A DNA stretch of 64,000 nucleotides from Methanotrichaceae archaeon (GTDB lineage: Archaea; Halobacteriota; Methanosarcinia; Methanotrichales; Methanotrichaceae), in the NCBI GenBank assembly GCA_963813075.1, contig CAWEXU010000013.1:128001-192000 (forward strand), read 5' to 3'. Positions 18,978 through 29,500 of this stretch are shown piece after piece (positions within the stretch are counted from its first letter, which is position 1; every line of letters begins with the position of its first letter). Below the pieces are notes generated by a model. It searched no databases and had not been told where the DNA came from. It worked only from the letters and a program-made list of their open reading frames with translations. The position numbers and the translations under genes are program-made.

Positions 18978-19643
18978 ATGACCATAATTGTGCTCAATTT
19001 CAAGACCTACCGAGAGTCTACAGGCCCCGAGGCTCTGCGCCTGGCCGAGATCTGCGAGGATATCGCTAAAGACTATTCTGTGCAGATGATCGTGGCACCC
19101 CAAACGGCAGACATCCATGCTATATCTCAGGAGGTTAAAATTCCGGTCTACGCCCAGCATGTTGATGGCGTCGGCTATGGCGGCTTTACCGGACACGTGA
19201 CCGCAGCTGCCTTAAAGGCCGCGGGCGCGGCGGGTTCGCTCATTAACCACTCGGAGAGAAGGATCAAGCTGGCCGATATGGAGGCCTCCCTTTCCGCCTG
19301 CCGGGATTTCAGCCTCAAGAGCATCATCTGCACCAACAATGTGGCCACCACCAGGGCGGCGGCAGCTCTTGAACCCGACTATGTGGCAGTGGAGCCTCCA
19401 GAGCTGATAGGTAGCGGAATTCCCGTATCCAAGGCCAATCCCAGCGTGGTTAGCGATTCGGTAACCGCTGTCAAGAAGATCGCCCCGGGAGTGGGGGTCC
19501 TGTGCGGCGCGGGGATAACCCATGGCGAGGACCTGAGAAGCGCTCTGGAGCTGGGATCGGAGGGGGTCTTGCTGGCATCGGGAATTATAAAAGCCAAGGA
19601 TCAGCGTCAGGCTTTAGAAGATCTGGTGACTGGGGCAAAATAG
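18978..19643 (+). CDS. tpiA: Triosephosphate isomerase (archaeal type)
   Basis: LNFKTY, INHSERR, AVEPPELIGSG and LCGAGI motifs. Confidence 0.97.
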   Translation: MTIIVLNFKTYRESTGPEALRLAEICEDIAKDYSVQMIVAPQTADIHAISQEVKIPVYAQHVDGVGYGGFTGHVTAAALKAAGAAGSLINHSERRIKLADMEASLSACRDFSLKSIICTNNVATTRAAAALEPDYVAVEPPELIGSGIPVSKANPSVVSDSVTAVKKIAPGVGVLCGAGITHGEDLRSALELGSEGVLLASGIIKAKDQRQALEDLVTGAK

Positions 19644-19913
19644 ATGATGTCGGTGCACGTCAGGGTCTCTGGCCGGGTGCAGGGTGTATATTATCGCGCC
19701 TATACTCGCGACCGGGCCAAATCCCTGGGAGTCAATGGATGGGTGCAAAATATTCCCGGGGGGGGAGTGGAGGCGGTGCTGGAGGGAGAAAGACGACAGG
19801 TGGGCGAACTGCTCCGAGCCATGAAGTCCGGGCCTTCCGGTTCTGTGGTCCTGGGAATGGAGCTCTCGGAGATCGAGGTCAAAGGCTATAATGACTTTGA
19901 AATAAAATATTAA
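19644..19913 (+). CDS. acyP: Acylphosphatase
   Basis: SGRVQGVYYR and GWVQN motifs. Confidence 0.9.
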   Translation: MMSVHVRVSGRVQGVYYRAYTRDRAKSLGVNGWVQNIPGGGVEAVLEGERRQVGELLRAMKSGPSGSVVLGMELSEIEVKGYNDFEIKY

Positions 19914-19929
19914 AAATGGATGTGATTTA

Positions 19930-20100
19930 TTGCTTACCGTCAACAGATACAAGTGCTGCTACTGTGGTGCCTGCGTCAGCGTCTGCCCGACATGCGCCCT
20001 GGAGCTGGTGGAGACCTGGCTGGAGATTTCCGCAGACTGCAAAGAGTGCGGCATCTGCACCAAGATATGTCCGGTGGGTGCGCTAGAGGTCGAGGCATGA
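19930..20100 (+). CDS. 2x[4Fe-4S] ferredoxin (56 aa, not in the ORF track)
   Basis: TTG start gives MLTVNRYKCCYCGACVSVCPTCALELVETWLEISADCKECGICTKICPVGALEVEA; its stop overlaps the next ATG. Confidence 0.9.
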   Translation: MLTVNRYKCCYCGACVSVCPTCALELVETWLEISADCKECGICTKICPVGALEVEA

Positions 20101-21272
20101 AATGTGATGTGATTGTAGTGGGAGCGGGGCCGGGCGGCTCTATGGCCGCGAAGAAGGCGGCAGAATCCGGCCTGAATGTGGTGATGCTGGAAAAGCGCCA
20201 GGAGATCGGCGATCCGGTACGCTGCGCTGAAGGAGTGGGCAAGAGGTCATTATGCAGTATGGTCAAGCCAGAGCCGGAGTGGATTGCCGCTGAGGTGAAG
20301 GGCGCTATGATCTATTCTCCGGACGGAAGCAGCATAGTCATGTCCGAGGACAGGAGCGGCAGCGAGGTGGGCTACGTTCTGGAGAGAAAGGTCTTCGACC
20401 GGGGCCTGGCCATGCAGGCCGCTCGCGCCGGGGCCAGGGTTATGGTCAAGACCCGAGCCACCGGCCTGTTGATGAATGATGGCGTTCCTTATGGCGTTAA
20501 TGCCATGCAGGTGGGCGAGCCCCTGCGGATCGAGGCCCCGATCATCATCGGTGCGGATGGAGTGGAGTCCAAGGTGGGCCGGTGGGCGGGAATCGACACC
20601 ACACTCAACCTGAAGGACATCGAGTCCTGCGCCCAGTTCCTGGTTTCGGATCCGGGGATCGACCAGGACTATACCAAATTTTACTTAGGAAACAGCATTG
20701 CACCTTCAGGCTACGCCTGGTCCTTTCCCAAGGGGGAGAAGCTGGCCAATATCGGCCTGGGTGTGCTGGGAAGCCGGTGCAAGCCCGGTGAAGCCATCCG
20801 CCTGCTGCGGGAGTTCACCAAAAAGCACTTTCCCAATGGCAAGATAGTGGAGATGGTGGTGGGCGGGGACCCCTGCTCCGGGCCCATCGAATCAACCACT
20901 GCTGATGGGGTGATGCTGGTGGGAGACGCTGCCCGCCAGACCGATCCATTGACCGGGGGAGGGATTCTCAATGCCATGGAGGCTGGGGTCATCGCCGCAG
21001 AGGTGGCAGCAAAAGCTATCGCCGCCGGCAACATCAGAAAAGAGGGGCTAAAGGAGTATGAGGACCGCTGGCGGGAGGGCATAGGCAGGCACCTGGCTCG
21101 CAGTCTGGAGTTCAAGGAGTTCTTTGTGAAGCTGACCGACAAAGATCTCAATATGCTGATCGGCTCCCTGGCAAAGGAGGACATATCCAAGATGGACCTG
21201 CAAGGCCTCTTGCGAGTGCTCTTCCGGTTGAATCCCAAGCTCCTCTGGGAGCTGCGCCACCTGATCACATAA
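20097..21272 (+). CDS. Digeranylgeranylglycerophospholipid (geranylgeranyl) reductase
   Basis: MKCDVIVVGAGPGG, RCAEG, YAWSFPKG, LVGDAA..PLTGGGI. Confidence 0.9.
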   Translation: MKCDVIVVGAGPGGSMAAKKAAESGLNVVMLEKRQEIGDPVRCAEGVGKRSLCSMVKPEPEWIAAEVKGAMIYSPDGSSIVMSEDRSGSEVGYVLERKVFDRGLAMQAARAGARVMVKTRATGLLMNDGVPYGVNAMQVGEPLRIEAPIIIGADGVESKVGRWAGIDTTLNLKDIESCAQFLVSDPGIDQDYTKFYLGNSIAPSGYAWSFPKGEKLANIGLGVLGSRCKPGEAIRLLREFTKKHFPNGKIVEMVVGGDPCSGPIESTTADGVMLVGDAARQTDPLTGGGILNAMEAGVIAAEVAAKAIAAGNIRKEGLKEYEDRWREGIGRHLARSLEFKEFFVKLTDKDLNMLIGSLAKEDISKMDLQGLLRVLFRLNPKLLWELRHLIT

Positions 21273-21310
21273 TCTGGATTCGGAGTCCGGCTTTCAGGTC
21301 CGGCTTTGGC

Positions 21311-21859
21311 CTATTCCAGGGTGGAGGTGCCATCTGCTTTCTTTGGCAGCCTCTCCAGGTCAAAGCCGATCTTCACCTTCTCTTTATCTGCATCCAGCGT
21401 CACCACACCCATGTGGAAAATGTAGCGCATGGTCCTGCGGCCATCGGGGATGCGCAATTTATGCTCCCGGCGGAGGATCATGGCGCTGGCAGTCTGCAGT
21501 GCCGGGCCGCTCTGCAAAAACAGCAGACCAGGAAGGTTGAGCCGCTGGTGGCTGGTCGTGGGATATCTCTCATCCATCAACTCGGCCAGCTCTTCGCGAC
21601 GAATCTCGACCACTGTATCTTTGTTCTGGACACGAATGAGGTTTTCGTGAGCATGCACCTCATCGATATGAGAATGAAGGGCACAGAGCACATAGCTCTC
21701 CCCAAGCCCCTTGTTTTCCGGCGGCAGAAGTGCTTCCAGCTTATGCATAAATGGCTTGAGAAGAGGACTGGCGCCGGAAAAAAGTGCACCCGGCAGGTTT
21801 TTGACCTCTGTCTTCGTCAGCTCATTGAGATCTCTTTTGCTAATCTCGATGGCTATCAT
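21311..21859 (-). CDS. Hypothetical protein
   Basis: 182-aa ORF filling the gap between GGR and an AT-rich spacer; no motif recognised. Confidence 0.65.
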   Translation of the reverse strand: MIAIEISKRDLNELTKTEVKNLPGALFSGASPLLKPFMHKLEALLPPENKGLGESYVLCALHSHIDEVHAHENLIRVQNKDTVVEIRREELAELMDERYPTTSHQRLNLPGLLFLQSGPALQTASAMILRREHKLRIPDGRRTMRYIFHMGVVTLDADKEKVKIGFDLERLPKKADGTSTLE

Positions 21860-22236
21860 AGTGGACGAAATCCTCTCACGAGATATATCTATGTCGGTAT
21901 ATCTATGTCAATCGAGTAAATTATGATTATAAATAAAATTTCAAACTTATACTAAATTATTCTCCCTAAATTAATTATTTAACTCCATTTTGTAGTTCCT
22001 TTTGCAAAATGGCATAAAAAGGGCGTTAATCCAAGGAGGCTTTTAACTCTGCCAAAAAATTTTGGTAATTATAAATTCTTAATCTATCCTATTTTATCCT
22101 CAATAATCACCTAAATGCTAATATCAACTGCTTTTTGACTTATTATCTAAAGTATTAGTCTAAATTAGAAAAATTAAAAGACCAAGCCTTTCAAAACAAA
22201 TTATTTATATCATTAAGTATTAGTGACAAGAAAAAT

Positions 22237-22626
22237 ATGGTGACGATTATGAGAGAGTCGACAGTAAAGATCCTGGATGACAAGGACATGGAATTCGTGG
22301 AGACGCTCCGCTCCCTGGGAGTGCCCCGCAATGTAGCAACCCTTATCACATTTCTGGCCAATGTGGATGAGGCCTCCTCAAGGGAGATCGAAATGGGCTC
22401 CGACCTCAGGCAGCCTGAGGTGAGCATTGCCATGAGAACCCTGCGCGATAACAACTGGATAGAGGAGAAGGAGATCAAACGCGAGGGCAAAGGAAGACCG
22501 ATGAAGGTCTACTCATTGAAAGCGGGCATTGATGAGGTCATAAAGCATTTCGAGGAAGAGAAGCTGCACGAGTCCGCTCAGGCCATGGAGAGCATCCAGA
22601 GGCTCAAGCAGCTCATATCAACCTAA
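22237..22626 (+). CDS. Archaeal winged-HTH transcriptional regulator
   Basis: SREIEMGSDLRQPEVSIAMRTL..KGRPMKVY. Confidence 0.85.
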   Translation: MVTIMRESTVKILDDKDMEFVETLRSLGVPRNVATLITFLANVDEASSREIEMGSDLRQPEVSIAMRTLRDNNWIEEKEIKREGKGRPMKVYSLKAGIDEVIKHFEEEKLHESAQAMESIQRLKQLIST

Positions 22627-22662
22627 AACATCCGGGGTCTATTGATCGATGGGATGAGGCTT

Positions 22663-22923
22663 TCAGATCCGGATCTTGCCGGCAGGAGATGAAAGCACCT
22701 CAACCTCTATTTTTGCTGCTATTCCTCGACCAAGTGAGATCTTCGATCCATTAAGCTCGATTACCACCGGACCACCAAAGGGATGGCAGGCTATTTTGCG
22801 TACACGGCTACCTCTTCTTATCCCCATGGATTCAAACCTCCTCTCCCAGCCGTACTCGCCGTTCACGGAATGAATCTCCAGGGTCTGGTTGCAGGGAGCC
22901 TTTGAGAGCTCTATGTATCTCAT
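22663..22923 (-). CDS. feoA: FeoA domain protein
   Basis: RRFESMGIRRG..PFGGPVVIELNGSKISLGRGIA. Confidence 0.85.
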   Translation of the reverse strand: MRYIELSKAPCNQTLEIHSVNGEYGWERRFESMGIRRGSRVRKIACHPFGGPVVIELNGSKISLGRGIAAKIEVEVLSSPAGKIRI

Positions 22924-23015
22924 CTCCGCTCATTCACCTCGTCGGCTTCATCTCCAGAACACTGGATAAATCTTGCGCAGCAATCATCCAAAAGCCAATC
23001 CCACATTATCTTCAT

Positions 23016-23828
23016 TCATACCCGCACATTCACCCCATTCTCTTTCAGATACTTTTTCACACTGGTGACGGTGCATTCCTGGAAGTGAAATATGCTGGCC
23101 GCGAGAGCTGCAGAGGCATCGGTCTCTTCGAATACCTGCAGCATATGCTCGGCACTTGCGCATCCTCCCGAGGCGATCACTGGAACCCTGACCATTTTCG
23201 CCACGGTTTCGGTGAGGGGGATGTCAAACCCCAGCTTTGTGCCATCTCTGTCCATGCTGGTAAGAAGAATCTCTCCTGCGCCAAGGGAGACTGCTTTTTC
23301 CGCCCAGGCGATGGCGTCAACTCCGGTGAACTTTCTGCCGCCGTAATAGGAGCATTCAAACCAGCAAGGCCCGTTTTCGGTCTCGACCATATTCCGGCCG
23401 TCCTCCTGGGAATATCGCCTCTTGGCATCGATAGCCAGAACCACGGCCTGATTTCCGTATCTATCAGCGATCTCGCTTATGAGGTCCGGTCGCTTGAGGG
23501 CGGAGGTGTTTACGGTGACCTTATCCGCACCGGCGTTGAATGCCTCTCTTGCCTGCTCCAGGCTGCTTATTCCCCCGCCAACGGCCAGTGGCACGAAGAC
23601 CGAGAGCGAGGTCTTCTTTATGACACTGGTCATGGTCTCTCGCCGGTCAGATGAGGCGGTGATATCCAAAAAGACGATCTCATCCGCTCCATCCTGGTAG
23701 TACTGGCCGGCCAGCTCCCAGGGGACACCAGCATATCTGATCTGCTTGAACTCAATTCCCTTGACCACTCGGCCACCGGGGACTCCCAGGTCGCAGTCCA
23801 GGCAGGGGATGATCCTTCTGGCTAGCAT
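23016..23828 (-). CDS. hisF: Imidazole glycerol phosphate synthase cyclase subunit
   Basis: [32 protein letters not shown] and ALAASIFH motifs. Confidence 0.97.
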   Translation of the reverse strand: MLARRIIPCLDCDLGVPGGRVVKGIEFKQIRYAGVPWELAGQYYQDGADEIVFLDITASSDRRETMTSVIKKTSLSVFVPLAVGGGISSLEQAREAFNAGADKVTVNTSALKRPDLISEIADRYGNQAVVLAIDAKRRYSQEDGRNMVETENGPCWFECSYYGGRKFTGVDAIAWAEKAVSLGAGEILLTSMDRDGTKLGFDIPLTETVAKMVRVPVIASGGCASAEHMLQVFEETDASAALAASIFHFQECTVTSVKKYLKENGVNVRV

Positions 23829-24427
23829 CTCGCAGACCTCACGAAGTTCTCCAGGATTCTCAGGCCCTTTGGCCCTGATTTCTCCGGATGAAACTGGGTG
23901 GCAAAGAGGTTATCCTTATGGACTGCTGCTGTCAATTCCACTCCGTGCTCTGTGGTGGCGGCGACTATCGATCGATCAATTGGCTGGCCATAGTAGGAGT
24001 GGACGAAGTAGAACATGTCCCCGTCGCTTATGCCATCCAGAATTTCCACCGGGCGCTTGATGGAGAGGCTGTTCCAGCCCATCTGGGGGATCATTACCCC
24101 ATCCGGCAGGCGTACAACCTTTCCCTCTATCCAGCCCAATCCCGGCGCGCCCGGACTCTCCTCGCTCTCCTGAAAGAGCACCTGCATGCCCACGCATATG
24201 CCCAGCATGGGCACTCCCTCCTCGAAGCATGATCGGAGTGAGGCCGAGAATCGGGAGAGCTGATTCATGCAACTGCCAAAGGCTCCCACCCCCGGGACAA
24301 CAATGCCATTTGCGCCGGCCAACTCCTGTGGATCGCGGGCAATCTCAGGATTGCCGCCCACATATTCCAGGGCGTTGTATATGGAAAACAGGTTTCCCAT
24401 TCCATAATCCACTATGACTATTCTCAT
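23822..24427 (-). CDS. hisH: Imidazole glycerol phosphate synthase glutaminase subunit
   Basis: DYGMGNL, PGVGAF, GICVGMQ and QFHPEKSG motifs. Confidence 0.97.
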   Translation of the reverse strand: MRIVIVDYGMGNLFSIYNALEYVGGNPEIARDPQELAGANGIVVPGVGAFGSCMNQLSRFSASLRSCFEEGVPMLGICVGMQVLFQESEESPGAPGLGWIEGKVVRLPDGVMIPQMGWNSLSIKRPVEILDGISDGDMFYFVHSYYGQPIDRSIVAATTEHGVELTAAVHKDNLFATQFHPEKSGPKGLRILENFVRSARC

Positions 24428-24892
24428 CTATTTCGTCCTTCTTGTTATCGTTCTTCTCGCAATCGTCTTTCTTGCTATCGTTCTTCTTGATATAATGCAA
24501 TTCCAGCCGCTATAAATATCTCTATTTGCGATCTCTTCATATCTTTTCATAACGCCCGTTCGCCCGCCGGAACATACCTTCCTGCGAAGCATCGATCCGG
24601 GCAGGGGGTGACGACGACGAACTTTAACTATAATTTTTTTAAGATTATTTCTGATTTTTTCACAATTACGCATTCATAAAACTTCATATCAGCTTTGATT
24701 CATCTCCTCAGCTCTTATTTCTTACATGTAATTTATTTACAGCAAATGTTTAAATAGGCCGACAATTCAATTCCGCCCTTCTTTATCATTTATAAATTTG
24801 ACCCATAATACTTAAATAGGCAACGATGGACATTTCCCTCCACCAGGTCACAAATAAAGATTTGGGTAGATGCTGAATGGAGATGCAATATA

Positions 24893-26140
24893 ATGTCCAA
24901 ATCGAATCCCTTTGAAATAGCTCAAAAACAGCTTGACGATTGTGCAAAGATCCTAAACCTCGATCCCGGGGTGCATGAGTTCCTCCGCCACCCCAGGCGA
25001 GAGTTCCACATATCGATTCCCGTGCGCATGGATGATGGCAGCATGAAGATCTTCCAGGGCTACAGGGTTCAGTATAACGATGCACTGGGCCCCTGCAAGG
25101 GCGGCATAAGATACCATCCGGATGAGACCATCGATACGGTCAGGGCTCTGGCCGCCTGGATGACCTGGAAGACCTCCCTTCTCGGCCTGCCCCTGGGCGG
25201 GGGCAAAGGGGGAGTGATCTGCAATCCCAAGGAGCTCTCTGCCGGGGAGCAGGAGAGGCTCTGCCGGGGCTATGTCGATATGGTCTGGCAGAACATCGGA
25301 CCGGAGAGGGACGTTCCTGCGCCTGACGTATACACCACCCCCCAGATGATGGCTTGGATGATGGATGAGTACTCAAAACTGACCGGCTCGAACAACTTCG
25401 GCTGCATCACCGGCAAGCCGCTATGCGTGGGCGGCTCCTGCGGCAGGAGCGATGCCACCGCCCGGGGAGGCATGTATGCTCTGAGGGAGGCGGCAAGGGA
25501 ATTCAACATCGATCTCTCGAAAGCCACAGTAGCCATTCAGGGATACGGAAATGCCGGCAGCTATGCTCACAGTCTGGCCAATGAGCTTTTCGGCAGCAAG
25601 GTGGTAGCGGTGAGCGACTCCAAAGGAGGAGTCTTCAATGCCGCTGGTATAGATGCCTGTGATGCAGTTGCCGTAAAAGTCCAGACCTCCACGGTGGCCA
25701 ATATTCCAGGCGGCAAGAAGATCACCAACGAGGAGCTGCTGGAGCTGGATGTGGACATCCTCATCGCTGCCGCTCTGGAGAACGTGATCACCAAGGATAA
25801 TGCCGGAAAGGTCAAGGCCAAGATCATTCTGGAGCTGGCCAATGGCCCCACCACACCCGAGGCGGATGAGATACTCTTCCAGAACAAAGTGCACGTCATA
25901 CCCGACTTCCTGGCCAATGCCGGCGGAGTTACCGTCTCCTACTTCGAGATGGTGCAGAACATCATGCGCTACTGCTGGTCATTCGACGAGGTCTACCAGA
26001 GGCTGGACGAGAGGATGACCATGGCTTACCAGGGTGTCCTGGCTGCATCCAAGCAGTACAATATCAACATGCGCCAGGCAGCCTACACCGTGGCCGTGGC
26101 CAGGGTGGTAGATGCCATGAAGACCCGCGGCTGGGTTTAG
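24893..26140 (+). CDS. gdhA: Glutamate dehydrogenase (Glu/Leu/Phe/Val family)
   Basis: GPCKGGIRYHP, GGGKGG, DVPAPD, QGYGNAG, ELANGP and NAGGVTVSYFE motifs. Confidence 0.95.
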   Translation: MSKSNPFEIAQKQLDDCAKILNLDPGVHEFLRHPRREFHISIPVRMDDGSMKIFQGYRVQYNDALGPCKGGIRYHPDETIDTVRALAAWMTWKTSLLGLPLGGGKGGVICNPKELSAGEQERLCRGYVDMVWQNIGPERDVPAPDVYTTPQMMAWMMDEYSKLTGSNNFGCITGKPLCVGGSCGRSDATARGGMYALREAAREFNIDLSKATVAIQGYGNAGSYAHSLANELFGSKVVAVSDSKGGVFNAAGIDACDAVAVKVQTSTVANIPGGKKITNEELLELDVDILIAAALENVITKDNAGKVKAKIILELANGPTTPEADEILFQNKVHVIPDFLANAGGVTVSYFEMVQNIMRYCWSFDEVYQRLDERMTMAYQGVLAASKQYNINMRQAAYTVAVARVVDAMKTRGWV

Positions 26141-26521
26141 GAGAATAAAAATCTTCAACTGATTGGTATTGAGGTCTGAGGTCCATTGCACTTTGCCAGA
26201 ATTGGCAGGAGCCCGAGTTCTGGTGAGGCGCACAGATCTCATATCTTTCTATTTTGAGATTCAATCCCTTAACCTGCGTTGCTTTGGCAGCATGTTAGTG
26301 TCCCGATATGATGTAAAATAGTAGTAATAATCCTGGTGATGTATTGAATGCTGCTTTGATCGTGGCAGCATTCTGATCATTCTCCGGAATTATAATATGT
26401 TCTGTATCCATACTTGAATTGTTTCTACCACCCTTTTCCCCTTTCTTTTCTTAGTTGAATCAGTAGGATGCTATGGTCCGACTCCGTTCGGCGGTATTAT
26501 GGGTAATGTGGATAAGTAGCA

Positions 26522-29500
26522 CTATAAGGCCAGATCATTTTTGGGCGCGGTCACGTTGCCGGTCAGCCGCTTGAATTCGACCGGAAGCTCTACCGCAGCT
26601 TCACCACCGACAGTAGTCTCCACGGCTGTGCCCGCTTTGATATGGCCCAAATCCAATCCATCGAGGTTTAACCCCAACTGCCCTTCCAGATCCGCTTTCA
26701 AGGTTCCGCTGCCGGTCACTTTCACGGTGATCTTGATATCTTTGGCCACTTCTTCCGCCACGATGGTGATATTGATGGCCTTGCGGCCTTTGGTGATGGT
26801 CGCGACGATATTTGCTTCAATCGGCACTTCGCGCTTGGTCACGTGATTGCTGAGATCGATATTAAAGGCGGGATTGCCGGCAACGGATGGAATGCGCGCG
26901 ATGGTATCCAGGGAAAGCGGAAGCCTGGTTCGAGTGCCCTTGATCTGGATGGTATACTCAGCGCCGGTTTGAATATTGACTTTGCCCGCGCCAACCCCAC
27001 CGGCGGTCGAAGTAGTAAACGAATCGCCGATCGGCCCAATGAATTCTATGTTGAACACACCATTCAGCGGCCCGGAGATCGAATGCTTGAAGTTAATCGT
27101 CACCGTAACATCGCTGCCCGCCTTGCCTCCCTGCATCTGCTGGATAGCCTTTTTCACGTTTTCGTTGTTGTCTTGCTTGGTGATGGTTCCCTTTACGGCC
27201 TGGTTCTCGGATACTTTTATCTGTTGCTGCGCTTCCGCTGGGGAAATCGTCTTTTGCGACGGCTGTTGTTGGGCTGGTTGGCTCACCACCACCGGCGTGT
27301 TGGCGTTTTTGCTCGCTTTATGCTGCTGCTGGATTTCCTTGGCTTTATTGGACGCTTGGTTAATGTCGACGGATTTGTCTGCCAGTTTTTCAAGCAGGTC
27401 TTCCACTTCTTTACTCACCGACATATCGCGGAAGATGTCTGCTTTGCCCAGCAAGTTCAGCGCGCCCGCCATACCGGTTGGGTCGGGCAGATTTTGCGGC
27501 GCGACTATATTGACGATGGAAGCGGGCATCGGCGTAGGGGTCAGGTTCTGCGATACGTTGCGGGATTCGTTGATATTGAGGTTATCAATCCCCGGAGCCT
27601 CTTCCGTGATGGGTGAGGTCTGCCAATCCCAAAAACGGGTGTCGTCAATTTCTTCACTGATATTGCAGTGCCCGAGTTTGCCTTCCGCAAATACCCCACG
27701 CGTGGGCAGGGTCATCAGTTTCTCGACCTTGATCGGCTGCAGGGCGTTCAGGTCTTCATTTTCCTGGAAAGATTTCCGCGCCGGAAAGACTACGTAGTCC
27801 CCCAGAACGTCGATCGCGCGATTATCTATCATATCGAGAATGGACGTGCCCGATGAGACCACATCCTTGAAGCGGTAAGCTCTTTCGTTGGGATCTTCCA
27901 GGAGCCACAGCGCTTTTTGATAGTGGAAGGCATTTGCCGATAGGTGGCTCTTCAGGTCGTTAATGCAGCAACGTTCTGCTTCGGTCAGAAGGTCAGCGGG
28001 ATCCTTGGGGATCTCGCGATAGGGGATTAGGTTAAACAGATGCTCTGCATCCACCGGGATATTGATCACATCCGTGCTTCTTACCATGACCCAGACCTTG
28101 TCGCCGCTGGTCGTCATTATTTGCACGCCCTCGATCTCCCATGGTTCAGATGGGCCGGATGAGCTGCCCTTATCCTGGCTGTTTACCCGCAGGATGATGC
28201 CATCGATATCGTTCCACAACACTTTACGGAAAGGCTCAACGTTGAAAACATTTTCCTGCCCGGCCTGCCGGTAATTGGCACTGACCAAATAGGTCGTGCC
28301 ATCATCGACGAAATCTGGGAGAGATAAATCGGTATGAGCCAAACGAAACCCGCTTGCCCAGAGCGGGTCTTTTTCCAGGCAATTTATCCTCTCGCCGCTC
28401 TTTGTTTTCACCGCTACGGATGGGAAACCATGCGTTGCTGTCTTTGTTTTAATGACCAGTTTGATCGGGCCTAACTCGTTGACGTTATTCAAATCGGGCT
28501 GCAATGCCGCCTGGGCGGTTTTCCGGGCAAACTCAAGGGTAAAGCAGACCAGTTTTTGCACGGCATCGAAACAACCGGCGTAGCGCGAATCGAGCAGCAC
28601 ACTTTCCAGAATCTTGCGATATTTGTAGATAATATTGGTGTCCAAAAAATCCACAGGCAGGTACTGGACCAGCAAGGATGGCCTGAACCGCATATACTGG
28701 GTGGTGACCTTATAGTGCCGCAACACCTCGTAGTACAGTATGGTCAGGGTGTGAGAATGGTTGTGGTTGGCTACCACCCTGGTTTCGGCTTTGGCCTGCT
28801 CCTGCTGATCCGATTGGACCACGATAGTGCTTCGTAGCTCTCGCACCGCAGAGCTGGCCTGAGCAAAGGCGTCCGAAATTTGCTGCGCAGTAGAAGCGTG
28901 GATATTCCGGTCGCCTGAGCTGGTGGAATAGCCGCCGCCAAGCGCGCCGGAAACTCCCATACCACCTCCTCCATACGAACCAGCTACCCCACCCATAAAG
29001 CTGCCGCCTCGCTGCCATTCGCGCAAGGCCGCATCCACCGTTTCGGACACGCTGCGGTCGCGGTGCGTATTGTGCGCTAACTGCTCCTTCACGGTCAGGT
29101 CTTCATCCCTTGAATCGATCGATTTTCTCGCCCAATCGATCACCGCCATTTTTCTCGTTTCTCCAGGCGCTAAAGGCAGGCTGTAGATAATTTGCCCCAA
29201 CGTGTGCCCCAGCGGCTGCCAGGAAACCAGGTACTCTAGCGACCACCCCGTGCGAACCTCGGGTTTCACCAGAATCTTTTTTGTGATGACCTGATTGCCA
29301 ACCTGGGATTCTTCGTCCCTCGTTTCTGCGGGGATGATAATTTTGCTGCCGCGCAGGATCTGGAAGAAACGGAACTCGTGGGTAGCGAAATTGGCCGGAT
29401 ATAGATTTTCGCATCCGTCGACGCCGATAAAGAACGCCGGATTGACTGCGAAGGAACCGGGCGAAAGGTACCAGTCTTCCAGGCTGGGGTTCTGCATCGA

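Noticed and set aside
24428..24673. 81-aa ORF upstream of hisH with RRTIA repeats
   Set aside because: Low-complexity product of a degenerate 15-bp repeat in a divergent promoter region; no recognisable motif.
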